Source of the DNA: Leptolyngbya sp. SOY_34_metabat_272
GTDB taxonomy: Bacteria > Cyanobacteriota > Cyanobacteriia > FACHB-261
Direction: 5' to 3'
DNA length: 64,000 bases
Assembly: GCA_031399305.1 (NCBI GenBank)
Contig: JANNOU010000098.1
Location: forward strand, 1,343-65,342
Position numbers and translations under genes: made by a program
Part shown: in pieces, positions 38,731 through 47,200 of the stretch
How the letters are laid out: the number at the start of each line of letters is the position of its first letter
Position numbering within the stretch: the first letter of the stretch is position 1
Notes under the pieces: generated by a model
The model's database searches: none
Told to the model about the DNA's origin: nothing
Seen by the model: the letters and a program-made list of their open reading frames with translations, nothing else

Positions 38731-40503
38731 TCACCTGAGCGGTAACTCGACCGTAAAGCAGGTTTGACCCGAGCCGCTCTCCGCCCAGATCGAGCCGCCT
38801 AGTCGCTCCGTCAGCTTCAGAACCAGGGCCAGACCCAATCCGGTGCCACCGTGCTTCCATTGGTCCAGATGGGGCACTCGATAAAACTTGTCGAAAATAC
38901 GCGGCAGCTCATGGCGGGGGATTTCGGTTCCAGAGTTGTTCACTTGGAATTGAATCACGCCAGATTGAGCCTGAGCCATCACCCGAATGGTCTCGCCAGA
39001 CGGTGTGTATTTGCAGGCATTGTTCAGGAGCTCCGCCAGAATGCGCTCCACAATCGAGGCATCAGACACTAGCGTCGGAAGCGTGGGCGCGATGTCCAGC
39101 TGAAGCGTTTGCTGGGCCGCCCTCGCCCGCTCCTGAAATGGCTCAAGGATCCCGATCAGCCAGTCCGGCAGGCAGATCAGCTCGATCTTCAATGTCTGAT
39201 CGCCTGCTTCCAGACGTTGAAGATCGAGCAAGTCATTAATGAGTTCAGTCTCTCGCTCACACTCATCTTGCAAGATTTGCAGATAGCGCAGAGCTTTGTC
39301 GCGTGATACAGAAGTTTCATCTTGACCGAAGGCCACCACCAACATCCGGATCGCCATTCTCATGTTGGTCACTGGCGTCCGCAGTTCGTGAGAAACCGTG
39401 CTCAGGAAGTCGTCCTTGAGGCGGTTGAGCTTTTCGAGTTCCGCCACCTGAGCCTGCGAGGCTTGATAAAGCCGAGCCTGACCAATGGCAATCGCACACT
39501 GATTGGCGACCTGCTCCACCAATCGGATTTCCAGCTCATTGAAGCCGTCCTGCTTTGAGCGAAATAACCATAGGTCCCCTAAAATCCCTTGATTGTCGAA
39601 AACCGGGCAAGCCAGGACCGCAAGTGGTTCACTAGAGAATTTAATTAGACTGGGCACTAGTTCGCAAAACTGAAGATACTGACCTTGTAAGAGCTGAGGA
39701 TAAATCTCTGGAAAATCAATCATGCGCACAATACACCCTGGTGCTGAAGGCCCCTGATTGGTATATTCGCAATAAATTTTAGAGGTAGCTTCCTCGAGAT
39801 TGTATAGAGCTATATTGCAGTAAGTGGCCCCCAAGCCCACCGCCACCTCTTGCACCACAGTTTGTAAAATTTGACTTTCATCAAAGGTATCTCTAACCTT
39901 GTCCGTGATCCGTTTCAGTCTTTCCTCAAAGTCTAGCGCCTGCCGCAGCTGCGCGGTATGTTCTCTCACTTGAGCTTCGAGGTTGGCATTGAACTGCCGC
40001 AGAATTCTCTCCGCCTTCTGGCGCTCAGTCAGATCCTGCATAATCACGAAGAAGCCTAACACCTCACCAAATTCATTGATGTCTGGGATATAATTAACGA
40101 CTAGATAGCGTTCACTGCCGTCGGCAAATGCCCAATCTACCTCATAAGTAACTTTTCGGCCAGCCAAGGCTGCTTCTACGTATTCCTGTACCCTGGCGTA
40201 GGCAAGCTCCCCCATAAAGTCCTTGACCGTCTGACCAACAATCTTTTCAGGAGATATTCGGGACCACTCTCCATACTGTTTGCTGACAAATTGGTAGCGA
40301 GTCTCCGAATCCACATAAGAAACCTTGCCCTGGAGAGAGTCCGTCACCAATCGAAAATGTTTCTCGCTGCTGCGCAATCTCTGCCCAAGCTGCTCATAAG
40401 CAGCTTTGTACCATTCCAACTCACCTCTGTGCTGCTGAAGAGTTTCCTCAGTTCCCTTGGAGTCTGAGGTCTGATCCGAGCGATCGCGGTTGATTTCCAC
40501 CAT
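38731..40503 (-). CDS. Sensor histidine kinase (coiled coil-PAS-GAF-HisKA-HATPase)
   Basis: H-box FLSTVSHELRTPVTNM, N-box LLNNACKYTP, G-boxes NNSGTEI / GGTGLGLAL. There is an upstream PAS domain (YVDSETRYQFVSKQYGEW...) and a GAF-like region. Confidence 0.9.
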   Translation of the reverse strand: MVEINRDRSDQTSDSKGTEETLQQHRGELEWYKAAYEQLGQRLRSSEKHFRLVTDSLQGKVSYVDSETRYQFVSKQYGEWSRISPEKIVGQTVKDFMGELAYARVQEYVEAALAGRKVTYEVDWAFADGSERYLVVNYIPDINEFGEVLGFFVIMQDLTERQKAERILRQFNANLEAQVREHTAQLRQALDFEERLKRITDKVRDTFDESQILQTVVQEVAVGLGATYCNIALYNLEEATSKIYCEYTNQGPSAPGCIVRMIDFPEIYPQLLQGQYLQFCELVPSLIKFSSEPLAVLACPVFDNQGILGDLWLFRSKQDGFNELEIRLVEQVANQCAIAIGQARLYQASQAQVAELEKLNRLKDDFLSTVSHELRTPVTNMRMAIRMLVVAFGQDETSVSRDKALRYLQILQDECERETELINDLLDLQRLEAGDQTLKIELICLPDWLIGILEPFQERARAAQQTLQLDIAPTLPTLVSDASIVERILAELLNNACKYTPSGETIRVMAQAQSGVIQFQVNNSGTEIPRHELPRIFDKFYRVPHLDQWKHGGTGLGLALVLKLTERLGGSIWAESGSGQTCFTVELPLR

Positions 40504-40637
40504 TCACAGCCAGCCAGAGACTCGCCTCCTTCACAAACAAGGCTGCCCTGACCTATCCATAAACCCTGGACAGTGTCACTGGCAGCCCTGTCAACTCAAG
40601 TTTATCGAGTTATGCACTTCAAGCGCATAACCAACTG

Positions 40638-41471
40638 CTATACTAACGCTCCCGTTGCTACGGGGGGAACACGCATCTCGCTTTCGCGGACAATTTCTCT
40701 CAAACGCTTGAGCTCAGTGATATCCTGACACGAAACAAAGAAGCCTAGGATTTCTCCTGAGTCGCTGAAGTGCGGGATGTAATCAATGACCATGGTGCGT
40801 TCTTCACCATCTTCGAAAAGCTTGGTGAACTCGTAATGCACTTCCTGACCGGTCAGTGCTTGCTCTATGTAGCCGCGAAGCTTCTGGGCACCTTCCACTC
40901 CCATCAGCTCTTCAACGGTTCTGCCCACGATTTCTTCACTGGGCTTCTCATACCATTCTTGGTATTGCTTGCTGACGAACCGATAGCGCAGCTGCGAGTC
41001 AAGGTAGGAGAATTTTCCCGGCAACAGGGTGGTCAGAGTATTCATCTGAAAGGTCATCCACTGCAGCTCTTCTTCCAGACTTTTACGCTTCGTCATATCT
41101 TGACAGACCACAAAGAAGCCAAGAACCTCTCCTAAATCGTCCACGTACGGCGTGTAATTAATCAGAACATGATGCTTCTGCCCAGAGTCAGAAACTCCGA
41201 CGCAAGAGAAGCTCACCTTACTGCCACCCAGGACCGTCTCCACATGAGGTTGGGCTCTCTGGTAGTCAGACGATTCCATCGACTCCTGGAGAGTCTTTCC
41301 TAAAATTTCACTGTCAGGTAGACCATACAGCTGCTCATAATGCTTGCTGACAAACTGATAGCGTTGCTGTGCATCTACATAGGCGGTCCTCGCCTGTAGC
41401 ACCTCTGCCATCGCCTCAATCTGAGCAATTCTCTGCTGCAAAGTCTGGCTAGCTTGGGAATGAGCGCTCAT
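40638..41471 (-). CDS. Tandem PAS-PAS protein without output domain
   Basis: Two PAS units (YVDAQQRYQFVSKHYEQLYGLPDSEILGKTL...; YLDSQLRYRFVSKQYQEWYEKPSEEIVGRTV...), each ending in GEILGFFV.CQDIT..K. They are paralogous to the PAS of the adjacent kinase. Confidence 0.8.
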   Translation of the reverse strand: MSAHSQASQTLQQRIAQIEAMAEVLQARTAYVDAQQRYQFVSKHYEQLYGLPDSEILGKTLQESMESSDYQRAQPHVETVLGGSKVSFSCVGVSDSGQKHHVLINYTPYVDDLGEVLGFFVVCQDMTKRKSLEEELQWMTFQMNTLTTLLPGKFSYLDSQLRYRFVSKQYQEWYEKPSEEIVGRTVEELMGVEGAQKLRGYIEQALTGQEVHYEFTKLFEDGEERTMVIDYIPHFSDSGEILGFFVSCQDITELKRLREIVRESEMRVPPVATGALV

Positions 41472-42177
41472 TCTATGGTGCCTCCTAAATTTTTACAAGG
41501 CTTGACTGGACTGCATCAGGTTCAAGGCTACACCTTAAGCCTTCTACTCTACTGCAAACAGATGCGTTAGCTACAAAGTCGCTAAAGTCTCGATTTGGCC
41601 TGTCCACCTACGAGATTCTGCGTAGGTAATTTGCGACTAAGCTTGAGACCTTGCGTACTAACACTGAACTGACTGGAGCTTATCAATTACTCACTCAGTT
41701 GTCATGAGTGGTGCTACGGACTAAACCAACGCTCAATCCGGGAGTTTCCGTGTTCGTACTGTTGCCAGCGCTCTAGTCAACTGTGGCGGCATGGTGCGAC
41801 TGACTCTATCTCTCGGCAGCACAGCCTATTTCCGTCAACCCGTAGCATGTTCCCCCAAGAGATATTGCGTAGAAACTACGCGAATAGACCTCAGAACAGG
41901 GATTGAGTTATGACTGAAGTGCCACTGAATTCATGAGTCCAGCTCAAATGATTGAAAAACTGCCTATCTACACTTTTCTTCATACGAATTGAGCGCTTGG
42001 CAGCGCCTGTATTTTCATCGTACGTATGTTAGCATCATTCCCTAGTGTTCTCTGCTTTAGCGTTCTCAAACGCAGTTGCTGGAGTAGACGATGTGTGGCT
42101 AGCCTATCGACTGCCACGCGGGTCTGTCCACGAAAGAAAGGCTGAGGCTTCGATAAGGTTAATGGATTCTTCGCCCC

Positions 42178-43542
42178 ATGACTGCTGACGAAGCGCTAAG
42201 CTTTTTGAACAAGTTCCTGAAGCCGGATCGTTTGAGCGACATCCAAAATCTGGTATTTCGCCTGTCCTGGATGGGTCAGACTTATGGTGAGATCGCAATC
42301 GATACTGGCTACGATCCCGGCTATATTAAAGTGGTCGGCTATGAGTTGTGGCAGCTACTCTCCGAAGTCTTGGGCGTGAGGATAACCAAGAAAAATGCGC
42401 AGTTTGTCTTGCGGAACTTCCAGACTTCAGAACAGTCGCCGGAACTGCTTGCGCCGTCCCGTTCTTTTTTTTCTGGCTCCCAGCCTGCCCCGCTAGAATT
42501 TCCCGGCGGCCCAGTGCCTCTCAACTCTGTCTTGTATATCGAGCGTTCCCCTATAGAGGAACGTTGCTATGCGGAGATCGGCAGGCAGGGCAGCCTCATC
42601 CGAATCAACGCACCTAGCCAGATGGGGAAGACCTCGTTGGTCCATAGAATCCTGGCCCAGGCCAGACAGATTGGACTGCGGACGGTGTTATTAAACCTGC
42701 AGCAAGCGGATGCTGCTGTTTTCGCGGATCTGAACAAATTTCTACGCTGGTTCTGCACAAATGTCAGCCGCCAACTCCAGCTAGAAGCCAAGTTGGATGT
42801 CTATTGGGATGAGGAGATGGGTCTTAAGATGAGCTGTACCAGCTTCTTTGAGAACTATCTCTTGGCGTCGATTGATAGCCCTATTGCCCTGGCGCTCGAT
42901 GAGGTCAATCGAATTTTTGAGTATCCTGACTTGTCGCGAGATTTTCTGCCGCTTTTACGCTCCTGGCATGAGAGCGCAGCGGAACTGGAGATCTGGAGAA
43001 AACTGCGTTTAGTGATTGCTTGCTCCACTGAGGTTGAGGTTTATGTTCCTTTGAATGCCAATCAGTCGCCGTTTAATGTGGGGCTCCCGATCTCGTTGTC
43101 AGAATTCACACTGGCACAGGTGCAGGAGTTGGCGAGGCGTTATGGCCTGGATGGCTCAGCGGAGGGGCGAGCCTCACTGGACCTGGAGCCATTAGTGGCG
43201 TTGGTGGGCGGCCATCCCTATCTAGTCAGGCTGGCGCTTGAGGAGCTGCGGCGGCAACCCACCTTGGAACAGCTGCTGCAAGAGGCCCCCACTCAAGCCG
43301 GAATCTACCGCCATCATCTGCGCAGTCACCTAAGACTGCTGCAAGCGCATCCAGACCTGTGGGCTGCTTTCAGACAGATTGTGCTTGCCGATGAGGGGGT
43401 CCAGCTCGCACCGCTTCTCGCCTATCGCTTAGAGAGCCTGGGCCTGGTAAGACTCAACGGCAATCAGGCACTGCCCAGATATGAGCTGTATCGTCAGTAC
43501 TTTAGCTCGCAGCTGCAGATTGCCGATGAACCTGAGCCCTGA
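42178..43542 (+). CDS. AAA-like (AAA_35/STAND-type) ATPase with N-terminal HTH-like domain
   Basis: N-terminus LSDIQNLVFRLSWMGQTYGEIAIDTGYDPGYIKVVGYELW (sigma-r4/LuxR-like HTH), then YIERSPIEERCYAEIGRQGSLIRINAPSQMGKTSL (Walker A) and ALALDEVNRIF (Walker B-like). Confidence 0.7.
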   Translation: MTADEALSFLNKFLKPDRLSDIQNLVFRLSWMGQTYGEIAIDTGYDPGYIKVVGYELWQLLSEVLGVRITKKNAQFVLRNFQTSEQSPELLAPSRSFFSGSQPAPLEFPGGPVPLNSVLYIERSPIEERCYAEIGRQGSLIRINAPSQMGKTSLVHRILAQARQIGLRTVLLNLQQADAAVFADLNKFLRWFCTNVSRQLQLEAKLDVYWDEEMGLKMSCTSFFENYLLASIDSPIALALDEVNRIFEYPDLSRDFLPLLRSWHESAAELEIWRKLRLVIACSTEVEVYVPLNANQSPFNVGLPISLSEFTLAQVQELARRYGLDGSAEGRASLDLEPLVALVGGHPYLVRLALEELRRQPTLEQLLQEAPTQAGIYRHHLRSHLRLLQAHPDLWAAFRQIVLADEGVQLAPLLAYRLESLGLVRLNGNQALPRYELYRQYFSSQLQIADEPEP

Positions 43543-43620
43543 GCCTGCCGCAATTTCAGGCGCTCCTCTTTACCGTGTTGCACCAGACATTAGATGTCTT
43601 AGCGAAATTCTTCCGCCTTA

Positions 43621-43870
43621 AAGTTTGTCGTTCTATTAGGAATCGTTAGCCTCCATGCTGATGCAACTTATGAAGGCGCGCAGAGTATTACTATGCTGAT
43701 TTTCCTTTGATTGCTGATCATCTGCAACAGTCAGCGAGTCTAAGCCCAATCCAGATTCCGCTGCTTTGTGCCTTGGCAATGGCTATTGATGCAGTCGCCG
43801 CGCTCAGCTTTGGACTTTGGTTTGATCGAATTGGCATCCCGACCCTCGTACCTGGGGCTGGTGCGTTGCC
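43621..43870 (+). pseudogene. Remnant of an MFS-type transporter gene (two fragments in different frames, internal deletion)
   Basis: Frame a reads KFVVLLGIVSLHADATYEGAQSIT then decays to a stop at 43708. Frame b reads LIADHLQQSASLSPIQIPLLCALAMAIDAVAALSFGLWFDRIGIPTLV. Both resemble, from memory, conserved N-terminal and mid-protein segments of one MFS family, with about 200 aa missing between them. Confidence 0.4.
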
Positions 43871-43945
43871 GGGAGGGTCCGGTTCTCCTGCCAACGCCAT
43901 GGGCCGAGTCCCAGGCGTCACTCAGCGAGTGTTTTGCCCCCCACT

Positions 43946-44134
43946 GCCAGCGCAGACCTCGACCCGCCAAGCTTTTTGCGCCCGTGCCTGGGCTTGGAAC
44001 TCAACTGGTCAAGCTTTTGGCTCGGTTGCTCGGGCTCACAGCTGAAGCAGTCGAGCGCGGAGCCTCGCTGGTCGAGCTTTTGGCTCCAGTGCCCGAGCAT
44101 TTTGCTCCAGTCCCCGAGTTCAGAAGGGAACGGC
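43946..44134 (+). repeat. Phased 21-bp repeat island C (8-9 units, YCRAGCT core)
   Basis: Cores lie at 43967, 43988, 44009, 44030, 44051, 44072, 44093 and 44114 (ccaagct, ctgggct, tcaagct, tcgggct, tcgagcg, tcgagct, ccgagca, ccgagtt), all exactly 21 bp apart. Confidence 0.85.
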
Positions 44135-44184
44135 AATTTTAAGTCAGTGCCATTCGGTTCTGAGGCGCTCGCGAGAGGCTACCA

Positions 44185-44223
44185 CCCCAGGAGAAAACCC
44201 CAGGAGAAAACCTCAGGAGAAAA
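44185..44223. repeat. 13-bp tandem repeat x3 spanning the cheA-like stop codon
   Basis: ccccaggagaaaa / ccccaggagaaaa / cctcaggagaaaa. The third copy contains the stop (44213-44215) and the last codons (IFS) of the CheA gene. Confidence 0.85.
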
Positions 44224-47200
44224 TAGAGGCCAGAGCTTCGCGGTCGAGGAGATCAGCGACTGCGGCTAACAGCTGGTGCTCCAGATAGGGTTTGGTTAGG
44301 TAGGCCGCCGCGCCCAGCCCCAGAGCCAGTTGGCGATGCTTGTCGCCGCTGCGAGAGGTCAGGATCACAACCGGGAGCTGGGCCAGCTTTGGATCTTGGG
44401 CCAGCTGGCTCAGCAGTTCAAAGCCGTTCAGGCGCGGCATTTCCAGATCGCAGATTACCAGTTGAATCCCGGTAGTCAGATGCAGCTGATCGAGCGCCTC
44501 ACGCCCATCTCGCGCCTGCAGAACCTGATAACCCGCCTTCTGCAAGGTCAAGGCCAGGTTTTGGCGCAAGGTAATCGAATCATCTACCACCAACAGCTTG
44601 AGCATGGCGGTTGGCAGTGACCAGTCGCGCGGCGGTAGGGCAGCGAGTGGACCAGCAGGCAGGGAGGCTGTGGGTAGCAACGGCGGCGGCTGAAGCGTCG
44701 CGGCCATGCTGTCGGCGGGAATAGGGGCCTCCTCAGCTAGCAGGAGTTTCTCACCCAGGGCTGGGCTCAGGAGCTGTTGGCTCAGCGCCGCGCTATCGAG
44801 CACCAGGCTCAGATGACCGTCGGCCAGAATACTGCACGCACAAACATAGTCTGGCGGACTCATGCCCGCACTCAGCGGTCGGATCGCCAGCTCCTGCTCG
44901 CCAAGAATTTGGTCCACCTCCAAGCCCAACAGATCCGCCTCGCGCCGGATCAGCAGGATGGGGTTTGCAACTGGGGCAGCTGTCCCCGCTGCTGGCAGCG
45001 CGACCGGAACCTCCGGCAGGGGGCAGTTGTAGGGCAGTAGGTCCGCCAGCTTGTGCAGGGGCAGTCGGCGTTTGTGGTTGTCCTGACCCTGGCACAACAC
45101 CTGCCGCCCCTGCCAGCGCTGGACTTGCCCAGGCTGGGGCATTACCACCTGCTCAATTGCAGCCGAGTGCAAGGTATAGGTTGCGCGGCCCACCCGACAG
45201 ACCAACATCTTGGCAACCGTCAGGCTGAGCGGCAGCCGCAGCGCGAAGGTTGTGCCTCGCTGCGGCTGGCTGTGCAGGCTCACCGAACCCTGGAGAGCTT
45301 GCAATTGCGAGCGAACCACGTCCAGACCAATGCCCCGCCCCGACAGGTCACTGACCTGCGGCAGGGTCGAGAAGCCGGGCTCAAACAACAGCTCCAAAAG
45401 TTGCGCCTCGGAGCAGTGCTCGGCCTGCTCAGGCGAGAGCCAGTGGATCTCTAAGGCGCGACGCCGGATCTTCTCGAGATCGATGCCCTGGCCGTCGTCG
45501 CTGACCTCAATGATCGTCCAGCGCCCCTGAGCATAGGCGCGGATCTGGATTTGCCCCGTGGCCGGTTTGGCGCACTGGCGGCGGTTGTCGGGCGGTTCGA
45601 TGCCGTGATCAAAGGCGTTGCGGATCAGGTGCAGCAGCGGATCGTAGAGCTTCTCGGCCACGACCTTGTCGACCAGCACCTGCGTGCCAGCCAGCTTCAG
45701 CTCCACGGGCTTGTGATAGCGGCTCGCCAGCTGTTGCAACAGGCGAGGGAAGCGATTGAAAATCTCGCCCAGGGGCAGCATCCGGGCCGCCATCAGGTCA
45801 TCGCGCACTTGGGTCAACAGGCGCTGCTGCTGCTCCAGGGTCTGACCGGCTTTGCGGACGTAGAAGTCGATGCCTTCTGCCGTTTCAGCCAGCTGTGCCG
45901 CTTCTTCCCAGGCCGATTGCAACAGCCCATGAAATTCGCCGTAGGGATCCAGTTCCAGCGTGTCGAAGTGCAGGGCAACCGGCGGCTGGTCGAGGACTGG
46001 CTTGCGCCAGCGGATCGCGGCCAGCGCTGTTGCCGCACCGACGGTCGGTCTGGCCTGAGGACCGGCTATGGCCCTGGGCTGGCGTTCTGGCCAGAGCAGC
46101 AGGCGATTCGACCAGTTACGCAGCTGACTGAGGGTCTGTTGGTGTCGCTGCACCTGCGCCAGCAATTCCTGGACGGCTGCTTGGCGTTGCTCATCGTCGA
46201 GCGCCTGGCGGTTCTGATGGGTGAGCAGTTCACCAGCCAGGTCATTCAGGCGCTCCAGCCGCTCTAGTTCGACCCGCACCGTCTGGGTATTTGGCGCAGC
46301 GGGTGCAGGCGCAGGCTCGCTAGGCCGTTTGCTGACTGGGGCCGGCGGCGGCACCGCCACTGGGGTTGCAGGGGTTACGGGAGTTGCAGGGGTTGCAGGC
46401 AGTGCCGCCGGGCTGACCTCCGGCTCCAGAGCCGCCGGAAAATCGCCGAAGACTTCCTCCAGCGGCGGCGATACAGACTCGGCGGGGGCCGCTGCCAGAT
46501 GGATGGCTCCCGCCAACTGTTGCAAAGTCAGAGACGGCTCCCCGCCCCGCACTCGGTCACCTGCGAGCACGGCGGCATGGCCGCGTTGAAAGTCGGCCAG
46601 CGCCACCTGGGCAATGGGAATCACCTGCTCAGGGTGGGCGGCGAGCGCGTCTAGGGTCAGGTGGGCGATGGTGGCAAACCCCGGCAATTTCAGGGTCTCA
46701 GCCAGGTTGAGAAAGACTTCGGCCTGGGCAGCCAACGCGGTGCCGATCCGACTGCCCAGGGTCGCGGGCACCTCGCGGTCGCCCAGACTGGCAAAAACGG
46801 CGGCCAGGCGCTCCAACCGTTTGCCCACCTCGGCTTGGAAGACAGCCAGGGCTTGGGACGCCGCCGCAGGCTCAGCCACTTCGGGTTGACTGAGCCCTTG
46901 ACTGAGCTGTTGACTGAGCCCTTGACTGAGCTGTTGCAGGGCCGGGGAAGGGTCGCCGCCCCGACTGCGATCACCCGCCAACACCGCTGCCTGCGCCCGT
47001 TGAAAATCGGCCAGGGCCAGCTGAGCAATCGAGATCGCCTGCTCAGGGTGGGTTTCGAGGGCGCGGAGGACGGTCTGGGCGATAGCCCCAAAGCCAGGCA
47101 GCTTCAGCGATTCTGCAAGGCCGACGAAGACCTGCGCCTGCGCACCCAACCCTGAGGCCACACTCGCCAGCTCGGGCTGGACCAGGAGCGCCGCCAACTG

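Noticed and set aside
45551-46267. 238-aa plus-strand ORF
   Set aside because: It is an antisense shadow inside the CheA-like gene, whose own frame carries unambiguous HATPase and Hpt motifs.
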